Notes: generated from the sequence alone by a model not told the origin. Positions 8,352-16,951 are shown, counted from the stretch's first letter. The stretch is 55,067 nt of DNA from a virus (IMGVR_UViG_3300046791_000458:1-55067); one strand, 5' to 3'. Numbers and translations are program-made.

Positions 8352-9074
8352 TTAGTGGTTCTCCATGCAGCGGTGGCTGCAATAAATAAATACGTTTCCG
8401 GCCTCGGCTCCTTCGCCGAAATCCACGCAGGCCTCGCCGCTCACGAGGTCGCCCAGGTTGAGGGGCGCGCCACACTTGCGGCAGGAGGTCACCTCGGCCT
8501 CCAGGGCCTTGGTGCGGGCCGCGTAGGCCTTGCGCAGGGCCGCCTGGGTGGCGGCGGGCACCTTGCCCCTCAGACCGGCCTTGACGGCCTCGGCAGTGGC
8601 CTCGCGGACCAGCTCCTCGGCGTGCTCCAGGCCCACGCAGACCGGACAGATGCCCTCGTCGTCGCACCGGGTCCCGCAGGTCAGGCACGGGCCGGGCTTC
8701 TCGCAATCGCAGTTCGCCATGTCCTCGCCGCAAGTGACGCAGTACACGTCGTCGTAGCCCGGCTCGATGCCGGTAGTCTTGCGGGCGTCCTTGATCAGAC
8801 CGTTGATGGTCTGGCACGCATCCTCCTGGGTGAACCCGCCGCGCGTCTCGCGCTCGGTGTGCAGGCGGGCGACCTGCTCTGTGAATTCGATTATCTTGGC
8901 GGTGGTGGTCATCAGGTATCTGCCGTCGTACAGGACCGCCCCTTTCAGGCGGCCCGTCGTGCCTTCCGGCCACCCGTCCTGGGCGGAGGCGGCGAACTCC
9001 AGGTCGCCGTCTGTCCATACGTCATACGCCGTATCGTAGTGCAGCGTGTAGCCGTCGTCAGTCAGGAACGTCAT
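8352..9074 (-). CDS. Multi-zinc-finger Cys-rich protein
   Basis: CVTC..CDC, CLTC..C..CPVC, CRKC...CSHRC; AGGAGG RBS. Confidence 0.75.
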   Translation of the reverse strand: MTFLTDDGYTLHYDTAYDVWTDGDLEFAASAQDGWPEGTTGRLKGAVLYDGRYLMTTTAKIIEFTEQVARLHTERETRGGFTQEDACQTINGLIKDARKTTGIEPGYDDVYCVTCGEDMANCDCEKPGPCLTCGTRCDDEGICPVCVGLEHAEELVREATAEAVKAGLRGKVPAATQAALRKAYAARTKALEAEVTSCRKCGAPLNLGDLVSGEACVDFGEGAEAGNVFIYCSHRCMENH

Positions 9075-9076
9075 AG

Positions 9077-9358
9077 CTAGTTTTCCTCCTTCGCAAGTTG
9101 TATGGCCTTGGCGGCCAGCTTGAATCCTTCGTCGTCGCCCAGGCGCGAGGTCGCCTCGTCGTACAGCATGCGGACCTGGGCGGCCACCGTGTGCAGGTCG
9201 CCGAAATCCTCGTGGGTGTCGTCGCCCCACAAGGTGATATCGCCCATTGCGCTGTAGAGCTGCTCGGTGTCGATCTCGGCCCGGCGGGCCATGCCGCGCA
9301 GGGTACGCAGGGCCGCGCGGCGGGCCTTGATTGCGTCAGTGAGAGCAATTTTCGTCAT
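9077..9358 (-). CDS. Hypothetical protein (93 aa)
   Basis: AGGAGG RBS; start MTKIAL. Confidence 0.72.
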   Translation of the reverse strand: MTKIALTDAIKARRAALRTLRGMARRAEIDTEQLYSAMGDITLWGDDTHEDFGDLHTVAAQVRMLYDEATSRLGDDEGFKLAAKAIQLAKEEN

Positions 9359-9360
9359 GG

Positions 9361-9843
9361 TTAGTTCTCCTCCTCGATTTCGATGGCCTCGGCGCTGTAG
9401 TCGCCCGCCGGGTCTTCCAGGCCCATGTCCGCTTCCCAGTCGGCGGCGGCGGCCTCGGCGGCGGCCTCCGTTGCGTACCGCTCGGGAAACGTGCCGCTGG
9501 CGTTCGCGCCGTTGTCCCAGTTGACGGCCCACTGGCGGAGCTTCAGCTCCTCGGACCCGGTGCCCTCCTGGCCGGGAAACCCGGCCTCCTCGTTGGTGAT
9601 CCACCACCACGCCATCACGTAGGCCCCGGCGGCGTCGCCCATGCTCACGCAGGCATCGTGGTCCACTTCCAACTCGCCCTCGCGGGCGAACTCCACGGCG
9701 GCCTCGCGGAAGCGGGCCTCCACCTTGGCGTCGCAGGCCTCCTGGTAGTGGCGCACGCGCTCCTGGAAGTGCAGCACGGCGGGCTCGGTGGTGGCCACCG
9801 CAAGTAGCGCGGCGGCCTTGTCGTCATCGACTCTGATCCACAT
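9361..9843 (-). CDS. Strongly acidic hypothetical protein (160 aa)
   Basis: AGGAGG RBS; start MWIRVDDD; GELEVDHDACVS...GAYVMAWWW motif. Confidence 0.72.
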   Translation of the reverse strand: MWIRVDDDKAAALLAVATTEPAVLHFQERVRHYQEACDAKVEARFREAAVEFAREGELEVDHDACVSMGDAAGAYVMAWWWITNEEAGFPGQEGTGSEELKLRQWAVNWDNGANASGTFPERYATEAAAEAAAADWEADMGLEDPAGDYSAEAIEIEEEN

Positions 9844-9844
9844 G

Positions 9845-10504
9845 TTATTCGTCCTCCTGGGTGTGAATGAAGAAAGCCTGCCCGCTGGCGAATTCCAGTA
9901 ACAGCGACGGGTCATCCGGCGTGCCGTCCTGGGAGACGGTCACGCCCGCGATGCCCTGCACGGCGCGGGCGATCAGGTTGTGGACGTCCGCCTCGGTGAC
10001 CTCCTGGGCGGTGGCCTCCTGGTCCTCGGCCAGGGCCTCGGCCTCGCTGGCGGCCTTGTCCACGCGGGCCAGCACGTCCGCCATCACGGTGCGCACCTGC
10101 TCGATCTCGGCGACGCTGGTCGCGCAGTTGATCGCGACGGTGACCGGCGCGAGGTAGGCCTGCACGGCGCGCAGGATCGCGGCGTGGCCGGTGGCGGCCT
10201 TGATGCCGCTGGTCAACGTGGCCCCGGTGAGGCCTGCCTCGCGAACGAAGCCGTGGAACATGCGCGCGAAGTTGGGTGTGAGGTCAAACTCCTGGGGCGC
10301 GGCGGCCTCCTGGGCCATCGTGGCGGCAGTGACCGGCGCGGCCTCCCGGGCGGCCTCCAGGGCGGCGGCATACGTCTCGGTGTCCCAGGGCGTCCAGACG
10401 GTGTCCCTGAGAGGCGTGTTGCACTTCCACGGCTTGAGGCGGGCGTGCTCTTTCTTGGTGCCGCCGCAGTGGCTGCAACGGCTGGTGATCTGTTGGTCTG
10501 TCAT
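9845..10504 (-). CDS. Hypothetical protein with N-terminal CxxC..H..C zinc finger
   Basis: CSHCGGTKKEH...C; AAGGA RBS. Confidence 0.72.
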   Translation of the reverse strand: MTDQQITSRCSHCGGTKKEHARLKPWKCNTPLRDTVWTPWDTETYAAALEAAREAAPVTAATMAQEAAAPQEFDLTPNFARMFHGFVREAGLTGATLTSGIKAATGHAAILRAVQAYLAPVTVAINCATSVAEIEQVRTVMADVLARVDKAASEAEALAEDQEATAQEVTEADVHNLIARAVQGIAGVTVSQDGTPDDPSLLLEFASGQAFFIHTQEDE

Positions 10505-10525
10505 GGTTGGTTTCCTTTCGATGGA

Positions 10526-10867
10526 TTACTTCTGTTCGAACGCATTGAAGAGCTGCTTGGCCATCCGGCGGCCCCGCGCCCGGCGGGTTTCGATGGCGGC
10601 CTCGTGCTCGGCGGCGGTGAAGTGCAGGCGCGCGTCCAGGGTATAGAACACGTACACGTAGCCGTCCTTGGTCGCGCCCCTCACGAGGTCGCGCTCGGTC
10701 CAGCCCATCTGGATGCAAAGGGCGCGCGCGGCGGCGTCATGGTTGGCCTGGGTGTCCAGCTCGTAGTCCCAGGCCTGGGCGTAGCGGTTGCGGTCGCCAT
10801 CGTGGGCGGCGATCTTGGCCCCGCGTGCGCTGGTCGCGGGCCGGTAGAGAGTGGTGATGGTCTTCAT
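10526..10867 (-). CDS. Conserved phage early protein (T.Y.PAT..RGAKI.A...WDYEL...NH..AA..L...GW family)
   Basis: Recognisable motif series; GGAGGAG RBS. Confidence 0.75.
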   Translation of the reverse strand: MKTITTLYRPATSARGAKIAAHDGDRNRYAQAWDYELDTQANHDAAARALCIQMGWTERDLVRGATKDGYVYVFYTLDARLHFTAAEHEAAIETRRARGRRMAKQLFNAFEQK

Positions 10868-10870
10868 GGT

Positions 10871-11503
10871 TTACTCCTCCTCCTGGGCCTGGGATTGGTC
10901 GCCCATGTCGTCGCGGCGGCCCTCCTGGTAGTCGATCCACCGGCTCCAGCGGCCCGTGATGGTGCGGCCCTGGACGAAGCGTTCCTCGATCTCGATCTCG
11001 GCGGTCCCGTGGGTGACCACCAGCGTGACTTCGATGGCGGACACGATGGCATACATGGCCGTCTCGTCGTCGCCGTCGTAGAGCGTGTTGACGCCCTCGC
11101 CGCGAAACAGGTTGATGGAGTGCAGGTAGACCCGGTAGCGTCGCGTACCGGCCTCCTGGGCGGGCTCGCAGGTGCAGAGGCCCATGATATTGCCGCAGGC
11201 CGGGCAGGCCGCCGGGAAGGCGGCCTCCTGGGGCTCCTGGGCGGGCTCCTGGGCCGCCGGGGCCTCGGGCTCCACCGGCGGGGCGGCGGCCTCCTGGCGG
11301 GCCTCCTGGGCGGCCTTGCGGGCCTGCCAGTCCCGCTCGTTCTCCTCGCTCCACTTGATGGACGCGAGGCATTTCTTGCAGGTGGGTTCGAAGGCCGCAA
11401 TCTGGGCCTGGGGCACATGCGCGTGGCAGAGTGTCCAGACAGTGCCCACGGTCTGAGGATCGTAGGAGAGTGCCCGCTTGGCGTGGGTCTTGAGGCGTGC
11501 CAT
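10871..11503 (-). CDS. Hypothetical protein with zinc-binding motifs and QEA/QEP-rich linker
   Basis: TAATG coupling at 11501-11505; H...LC...TCKKC and CPAC..CTC. Confidence 0.72.
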   Translation of the reverse strand: MARLKTHAKRALSYDPQTVGTVWTLCHAHVPQAQIAAFEPTCKKCLASIKWSEENERDWQARKAAQEARQEAAAPPVEPEAPAAQEPAQEPQEAAFPAACPACGNIMGLCTCEPAQEAGTRRYRVYLHSINLFRGEGVNTLYDGDDETAMYAIVSAIEVTLVVTHGTAEIEIEERFVQGRTITGRWSRWIDYQEGRRDDMGDQSQAQEEE

Positions 11504-11862
11504 TACTTGGCCTCCTGGGTGAGCGGCAGGACGTTCTCGAAGCCGTCCGCGTCGCGCTCCATGCGGTAGCCGTAGTGGGCCAGGATCTCCTCGTCGCGGG
11601 CGTCGCCGTTGAACACGAGACGGCGCTCGGTCTTGTAGCTGAAGTCCGCGTTCATGCCCACGTAGCAGTCGCGCCAGATGACCACCGTCCAGCGAATGTC
11701 GATGATCTGGACGTGGCGGCCCCAGCGGTTGAACGTGCCGTCCGCGTCGCAGTACAGGCCGTTGATGGAGAAGATCTCGCCCTCGGGCGTCTTGATGTAG
11801 TCGCGCCCGTTGCCGGGGCTGTACAGCGTGTCTTTGTCGAGTACTCGTTTGATGTTTGTCAT
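11503..11862 (-). CDS. Hypothetical protein (119 aa), ends QEAK
   Basis: AAGGAAACCCC-ATG start. Confidence 0.75.
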   Translation of the reverse strand: MTNIKRVLDKDTLYSPGNGRDYIKTPEGEIFSINGLYCDADGTFNRWGRHVQIIDIRWTVVIWRDCYVGMNADFSYKTERRLVFNGDARDEEILAHYGYRMERDADGFENVLPLTQEAK

Positions 11863-11886
11863 GGGGTTTCCTTTTCTCTCTGAATT

Positions 11887-12186
11887 CTAGCGGGCCGCGA
11901 TTACCTTGGTGATCGCCGCCAGGGCGGCCTCGGCCTCGGCGATGTACGGGTCTTCGTCCGCGAACAGGCCGGTGCGGCGGCGTTCCAGCTCGTCCTCCAC
12001 GAAGTCGTAGGCGGCGTCCAGGCGGACCGGCGCGGCGGCGTCGAGTTCGCCCAGGAGGGCGACCGCCATCGAGTACGTGCAGTCGGACTGGCACTCGCCG
12101 GAGCAATTGCAGGAGGCAAGGCCGGTCACGTCCTGGAGCACTTCGTGGACGCGCGCAAATTGGTCGTCGCTGATGACGTAGGGCAT
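11887..12186 (-). CDS. Hypothetical acidic protein with Cys cluster
   Basis: CNCSGECQSDC; follows the QEAK junction. Confidence 0.7.
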   Translation of the reverse strand: MPYVISDDQFARVHEVLQDVTGLASCNCSGECQSDCTYSMAVALLGELDAAAPVRLDAAYDFVEDELERRRTGLFADEDPYIAEAEAALAAITKVIAAR

Positions 12187-12417
12187 CTACTTGGCCTCCT
12201 GGTGGAGCTTCCACACGCGGCGGCGCGGCAGCACGGTGTAGGCCTCGTAGCGGCAGCCGTCGATGCACTGTTCGTCCAGGCGGCGGTTGTAGTCGAAGGC
12301 CTTGTCACGGGCCGTTTCCAGGTCCGACATGGGCCAGACCTCCATAGCGCCCCGGTCCTGCAGATCGTGGCACACGAGGTAGGCCGGGGCGGCGGGTACG
12401 TCTTTCAGCTTCGTCAT
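12187..12417 (-). CDS. Hypothetical protein (76 aa), ends QEAK
   Basis: AGGAAAACTAACC-ATG start. Confidence 0.7.
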   Translation of the reverse strand: MTKLKDVPAAPAYLVCHDLQDRGAMEVWPMSDLETARDKAFDYNRRLDEQCIDGCRYEAYTVLPRRRVWKLHQEAK

Positions 12418-12419
12418 GG

Positions 12420-13235
12420 TTAGTTTTCCTTTCCTTCGATTACTTCGATTACCTTGGGGCGGGCCACTACCGTTTGCAGCTCACCGTTGCGCTCGCCGTG
12501 CTCGGCCACCGTCGCCTTGCAGCGGACCGTCTCGCCCTTGGCGGCCAGCGACCCGGAGCCCTTGTAGACCACCCGGTTCCCGGCGGCGTCGCGGCAGAGG
12601 TAGATCGTGCTCGGCGCGGCGTGGTAGAAGGCGGGCAGGTTGCTCTCCAGGCGGATGGTGTGCTCGACCACCAGGACCAGCTCCAGGCGTTCGCCTACCG
12701 TGCCCACGTGCGTGCTGGCGGCCTTCGCCAGGGCCTGGGCCTCCAGGCGCTCGATGGCGCGCAGGGCGGCGGCCTCCTGGGCCTCGGTGAGCGTGCCCCG
12801 GTCGCGCGCCTGGGCCTCGATGGAGCCCAGGAAGCGGTCCCCGGTGGCGTAGCGGGCAAGACCGGCGGCCAGGGCCGGGCGGGCCTCCTGGAAGGCCTGG
12901 AAGCGCACGGCGGCGGCCTCCTGGGCGACGGCGGCGGCGGCCTGGGCCTTGGCCACCTTGGTGGCGTTGCGCTTGGCCTGGGCGGCGTTGAGCTTGGCCA
13001 GGGCCTCGGGCGTGTAGACCGTGACCTCGGCGACCGGCTCGAAGCGGTCACCGGCGCACCGGTAGCAGGTGAACCCGGGCCAGCCGCGCCAGCCACCGGC
13101 CCCGCCGCAACGGGTGCAGGGCTCCTGGGTGTAGTGCTTGGCGGTGCCCCTGGCGAGATCCACGGCGTGGACGCCGCCGGTGTGGGGCGCGCCGTAGCGC
13201 GTGAGCCACTGGGTGTCGATCATGGGGGCGGTCAT
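12420..13235 (-). CDS. DnaJ-type zinc finger plus C-terminal OB-fold-like phage protein
   Basis: CTRCGGAG...CYRCAG; STHVGTVGERL...KATV.EH.E.NG..QT...RP. Confidence 0.78.
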   Translation of the reverse strand: MTAPMIDTQWLTRYGAPHTGGVHAVDLARGTAKHYTQEPCTRCGGAGGWRGWPGFTCYRCAGDRFEPVAEVTVYTPEALAKLNAAQAKRNATKVAKAQAAAAVAQEAAAVRFQAFQEARPALAAGLARYATGDRFLGSIEAQARDRGTLTEAQEAAALRAIERLEAQALAKAASTHVGTVGERLELVLVVEHTIRLESNLPAFYHAAPSTIYLCRDAAGNRVVYKGSGSLAAKGETVRCKATVAEHGERNGELQTVVARPKVIEVIEGKEN

Positions 13236-13237
13236 GG

Positions 13238-13510
13238 CTACTTGGCCTCCTGGCGGGTAGCGAAGTAGCAGGACTTGGGATCGACGTGGCAGGTGCTTTT
13301 GCCGTCGCGCACCGTGAGGCGCTTGGCGGTCACGCCCACCAGCTCCACGGTGCAGTACTCCTTCGATTTGCCGAATGGCCCGCCGCCGTGCGGGTTGTCG
13401 AAGGTGCGATACCAGCGGACCCAGATGGGCAGGTCCGCGATGCGGTTGGCCAGGGCGGCCCTGGCGTTATCGATGGTGGCTCGTTCTGTGATGGTCCATG
13501 TGATGGCCAT
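13238..13510 (-). CDS. Hypothetical protein (90 aa), ends QEAK
   Basis: Coupled through QEAK junctions on both sides. Confidence 0.72.
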   Translation of the reverse strand: MAITWTITERATIDNARAALANRIADLPIWVRWYRTFDNPHGGGPFGKSKEYCTVELVGVTAKRLTVRDGKSTCHVDPKSCYFATRQEAK

Positions 13511-13511
13511 G

Positions 13512-13781
13512 TTACTTGGCCTCCTGGGCGAAGCGCAGGGCGGCGGGCTTGACCGTGCGGCCCATGCAGTTGGACACGTAGCCCGCCCAGTGGGCGGCCA
13601 CGCGCTTGCGGTCCCAGGCCGTGCCGGGGATGGCGTAGCTTCCGCCCTGGCCGCCGCTCATCTCCACGCGGTCGCTGTACAGCGTGCAGGCCAGGGTAAC
13701 CGAGGGCTGGCCGCCCTGGCGCGGCATGCGGTAGGTCCCGATCACCGTGCCCTTCGTCGTCGTCGTCGTTGTCTGCGTCAT
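13512..13781 (-). CDS. Hypothetical protein (89 aa), ends QEAK
   Basis: AGGAG RBS; first gene after promoter cassette A. Confidence 0.72.
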   Translation of the reverse strand: MTQTTTTTTKGTVIGTYRMPRQGGQPSVTLACTLYSDRVEMSGGQGGSYAIPGTAWDRKRVAAHWAGYVSNCMGRTVKPAALRFAQEAK

Positions 13782-13803
13782 GGGGTTGCTTTCTCCTGGG
13801 ACT

Positions 13804-13997
13804 AGCTTACCTTGGCATGGACTATAGCTGTCAAATGGCCGGGGCGGCCACTAAGCCAAGTGCCTGCTGGCATTGGGAAAATAAATATGCGGCAGGCACT
13901 TGACAGATTCTGAAAATATCTTGAAAACACTATTGACTTACCCCTGCGATTCATGCCTTATCGCTTACCGGACCTGGAACTCTTTTTAGCCGCCCGC
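13804..13997 (-). promoter_or_regulatory. Promoter cassette copy A
   Basis: Minus strand TTGACA (13829-13834)-19 bp-TAAGCT (13804-13809); aligns along its length with 16952-17157. Confidence 0.75.
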
Positions 13998-14191
13998 TCG
14001 GCGGCGGCGGCCTTGTGAAGCATCTTGAACGCGAGGTCCAGCACGGTCCGGTAGTCCACGTCCAGGCGGAAGCGGCGGCCCTTCTCGCGGAGCGTCAGGT
14101 GGCCGGGATACAGCTCGATCAGGAGCGGGCGGCCCTTGTAGCAGACCGCCGTCTCACGCCGCACCGGCCTGCCCGATTCCAGGCGCGTCAT
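13958..14191 (-). CDS. Hypothetical basic protein (77 aa)
   Basis: CAGGAGG RBS, ATGA overlap; RPVRRET...RPLLIEL.P..LTLREKGRR. Confidence 0.72.
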   Translation of the reverse strand: MTRLESGRPVRRETAVCYKGRPLLIELYPGHLTLREKGRRFRLDVDYRTVLDLAFKMLHKAAAAERAAKKSSRSGKR

Positions 14192-14598
14192 ACGGCCTCC
14201 TGGGGGCGCACGGCGCGCTTCTTCTTGGCCAGTCCGCGCTTGGTCCAGACGCCCTGCATGCGGCCCCAGTAGGCGTGTTGGTCCTCGGGAATCGCGGAGC
14301 CCATAGCGGTCCGCCCGGGCGTGCGGGCGATGCCCGGGCAGCAGTTGCCGGTGGTGATGGCGAGGTCGCCCTGGGCGATGGCCTCGACGATAGCGCGGGC
14401 CTCCTTCACGGCCCGGAAACCCATGCCGTTGTGACTGACCACGGTGAAGGCCTGGGAGGGATGCCAGAGGGAATACGGCCAGTTGGCGGTAGGGTGGCCG
14501 CAGTGCTCCACGTGCCACCCGGAGGTGTGCGTCCAGAGGCCGCCACACCCGCCGGGGCCACGCTGCACGGTCCAGCCGGGGAAGATCCTGGCGGCCAT
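14188..14598 (-). CDS. Hypothetical protein (136 aa)
   Basis: Follows QEAK junction; HTSGWHVEHCGHPTANWPY motif. Confidence 0.72.
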   Translation of the reverse strand: MAARIFPGWTVQRGPGGCGGLWTHTSGWHVEHCGHPTANWPYSLWHPSQAFTVVSHNGMGFRAVKEARAIVEAIAQGDLAITTGNCCPGIARTPGRTAMGSAIPEDQHAYWGRMQGVWTKRGLAKKKRAVRPQEAV

Positions 14599-14600
14599 GT

Positions 14601-14903
14601 TTACTTGGCCTCCTGGGCGGCCAGGAGGGCCGCCTCGTGCAGGAAGGAGAGGGGCACTTTCGTGCCGCCGTCGAAGGCCTTGGGGAGCAGGCCGTCCTCC
14701 AGGTAGGCGTACTGCCGGTCGTCCAGGTCGCCGTCGATATCGTTCCAGATATTGCGGGTGAGAGCCACGTCCACCACCCGGCCCTCGGCGCGCAGCTCCT
14801 GGGCGCAACGCAGGGCCTCGGGCAGGTGGTCGAAGTGGTCGAGGTCCACGATATCGCGCTCCTCGCCCTGGAGGGTTTCAACTACCCATTCGTAGGCGAC
14901 CAT
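14601..14903 (-). CDS. Acidic hypothetical protein (100 aa), ends QEAK
   Basis: GGAGG RBS; TAATG coupling. Confidence 0.72.
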   Translation of the reverse strand: MVAYEWVVETLQGEERDIVDLDHFDHLPEALRCAQELRAEGRVVDVALTRNIWNDIDGDLDDRQYAYLEDGLLPKAFDGGTKVPLSFLHEAALLAAQEAK

Positions 14904-15073
14904 TATTCGACCTCCGCAATGAATTCGTCGTTGCCGCCCAGCTCGGTTTCCTGGAGGTAGCAGAGGCGCAGGGCCAGCTCACCGGCCTCGGCCAGGGACG
15001 GGATGCCCCTGGCGATGGTGGAGTAGCCGCCGTTGCGATTGGAGCGGCGGACCACGCAGTAGGTGGCGTCCAT
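14903..15073 (-). CDS. Hypothetical protein (56 aa)
   Basis: GGAGG RBS before ATG 15073; fills the gap in a coupled operon. Confidence 0.6.
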   Translation of the reverse strand: MDATYCVVRRSNRNGGYSTIARGIPSLAEAGELALRLCYLQETELGGNDEFIAEVE

Positions 15074-15074
15074 G

Positions 15075-15413
15075 CTACCGGCCCTCCCGTTCTTCGATCT
15101 GATCTGCCAGGGCCTCGACACCGGCCAGCACGTCCTCCAGGTTCAGCGTGCAGTCGCAGATGACGTCCCAGCCGTCGTTGCCGTACACGAGGCGGACCCA
15201 GCCCTTGTCCTCGCCCTGGCGCAGGATCAGGTAGTCCTCGTCGGTATTCATGAGGGCCGCCAGCACGGCCTTGGCGTCGCGCGAGTCAGTGATGGCCAGC
15301 TCCTCGCCGCCGTCGTTGACGCTCAGGGCGTAGCCCGCCTTGAGGGCGTCGGCCACCAGCTTGCGCACGATGCGCCGTTCGATTGCTTGTCGTTTCTCGA
15401 TGGTCATTGTCAT
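15075..15413 (-). CDS. Conserved phage early protein (E..IV..LV..AL..GY..SV.DG...GWV.LVYGNDGWDVI.D family)
   Basis: Recognisable motif series; alternative start at 15422. Confidence 0.75.
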   Translation of the reverse strand: MTMTIEKRQAIERRIVRKLVADALKAGYALSVNDGGEELAITDSRDAKAVLAALMNTDEDYLILRQGEDKGWVRLVYGNDGWDVICDCTLNLEDVLAGVEALADQIEEREGR

Positions 15414-15437
15414 GGGGTTCATATCCTCTCTTCTCGG

Positions 15438-15650
15438 TTAGTAACTGCTTGCGACTACGTTCTTGCCAAGCATCACGCGGTAGCGGCTCAGGCCGGTGGC
15501 CGCGCAACGCTTCATGGCCGCCTGGGCGGCCTCCAGTGTGGGGAAGCTCTTCAGTGTGCGCCAGGGCGACCAGGAGGCGCAGCGGCCCCCAAACGCGCGG
15601 CGCACGATGCCCTGGTGATTGCTCATCTGGACGCGGTATTGGGCGGCCAC
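15438..15650 (-). CDS. Hypothetical basic protein (70 aa)
   Basis: CAGGAGG RBS; TAGTG coupling at 15648-15652. Confidence 0.6.
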   Translation of the reverse strand: MAAQYRVQMSNHQGIVRRAFGGRCASWSPWRTLKSFPTLEAAQAAMKRCAATGLSRYRVMLGKNVVASSY

Positions 15651-15943
15651 TAGCGGGCCTCCTGGGCGCAGGTCTGGTCCACACGGTGGACGCGGCTGCA
15701 ACGCGGGCAGGCGGACGCCTGGAGCGTCCAGGCGGCCACCTGGACGAGGTCCACGAGGCGGCCTAGCTCGATCCACTGCTGGCCCTTGCCTGCCACCGGC
15801 TGGATCAGGAGGCGGACCTGCCCCCAGGAATTTTTGGCGTCCACCACCGTGCAGGCGATGTTTACCGATTCGAACCTCACCAGGACCTCGGCTCCGATTG
15901 CCGGGGCCAGCTGGCGGGCGGTGTGTTGCGTCTGTTTCGTCAT
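15650..15943 (-). CDS. Hypothetical protein (97 aa), ends QEAR
   Basis: GAGGAAAAACC-ATG start; V.DAK.SWG.VR.LI.PVAG.GQQW; CPRC..H..C. Confidence 0.72.
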   Translation of the reverse strand: MTKQTQHTARQLAPAIGAEVLVRFESVNIACTVVDAKNSWGQVRLLIQPVAGKGQQWIELGRLVDLVQVAAWTLQASACPRCSRVHRVDQTCAQEAR

Positions 15944-15979
15944 GGTTTTTCCTCTCGTACTCTCGTCGTCTCGGGCGGC

Positions 15980-16924
15980 CTAGTAGCCGCCCCCACAGTC
16001 CGCCCACTCGGCGGCGGCGATGCCACCGGCGGGCACGTACCCGGCGTCCAGCTTGGATTGGATCTGGAGCAGACTCAGGTTCTTTTTGAAGGTGTGTCCG
16101 ATCTTGGTTTCCAGGGCCACGTGGGTGTCCAGGAGGGCGCGGTTGTGGTGCCCGGCGATCAACAATGCGGCGGGCGGGGCGAAGATGCAGAACACGCAGG
16201 ACAAGCGCCCCATGCCGAGATCGTAGGCCCGGTGGTAGGGCAGGTTGTTCTCCCGAATCGTCTCCCACACCTGGGCCTCGCTCCAGTCATGAATCGGCAG
16301 CCAGCGGGTGATCTCGCGGACCGTGCTGGAGGCGCGGTTGTCGCGCTGTAGGATCTGCTCCACGGCGCGGGTGTCGCTCTCCTGGCCGCGCAGGCCAATG
16401 CAGTTGAGGACCGCCACCGGCTCGGCATCCTTGGGGGCCTTGGCGCGCCCCCAGGTCTTCATGTTGTAGGCGGCGACCAGCTTGGTGATGACCGGCGACA
16501 CTTGGTCCCTCTTGTGATCGCTGGTGCAGAACCGGGTCGCGCTCGACGGCCACATGCCGCGCTTCTCGACGTGGGCCAGGAGGTCGCCCTTCTCCCGGCG
16601 GGTGATGATCAGGGGCACGCCGTAGGCGTCGCACTGGGCCTGGGCCAGCTCCTGGACGCCCGCCCACTCACTGCGCCCCAGATCGCAGTGGACGGCCACC
16701 ACGCGGTCCAGGACGCCCTGGGCGCGGGCCAGGGCCACGATGCGGTGCAGCATGGTCTGGGAGTCCTTACCGGCGCTCGTGTTGATCACAATAATCTGGA
16801 AGCGGCGCAGGTCCAGGTCCAGGATGGAGCGGTCGCTGGCCTTGAGCAGGGCCACGGCGCGGTTGAATGCGGCGGCCTGCTCGGCTAACTTCTCGGCGGT
16901 CAGTTTGCGGTGGACGTTCGTCAT
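15980..16924 (-). CDS. PAPS-reductase-family (PP-loop) protein, DndC/CysH-like, probably Fe-S binding
   Basis: SAGKDS PP-loop, RFCTSDHK, GLRGQES..R, LPIHDWS...VW, HRAY..GMGRLSCVFC. Confidence 0.88.
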   Translation of the reverse strand: MTNVHRKLTAEKLAEQAAAFNRAVALLKASDRSILDLDLRRFQIIVINTSAGKDSQTMLHRIVALARAQGVLDRVVAVHCDLGRSEWAGVQELAQAQCDAYGVPLIITRREKGDLLAHVEKRGMWPSSATRFCTSDHKRDQVSPVITKLVAAYNMKTWGRAKAPKDAEPVAVLNCIGLRGQESDTRAVEQILQRDNRASSTVREITRWLPIHDWSEAQVWETIRENNLPYHRAYDLGMGRLSCVFCIFAPPAALLIAGHHNRALLDTHVALETKIGHTFKKNLSLLQIQSKLDAGYVPAGGIAAAEWADCGGGY

Positions 16925-16951
16925 GGGCGCGGCCTCCTGGGCCGTAGACCC

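Noticed and set aside
6110-13268. Long + strand ORFs (6110-7546, 7806-9080, 9980-11569, 12474-13268)
   Set aside because: Antisense to coupled minus-strand genes with good RBSs; Arg/Gly/Ala-rich composition without motifs
6025-16924. Integron cassette array
   Set aside because: No attC-like palindromes with GTTRRRY ends; genes abut or overlap; the integrase is lambda-like with a tRNA attP
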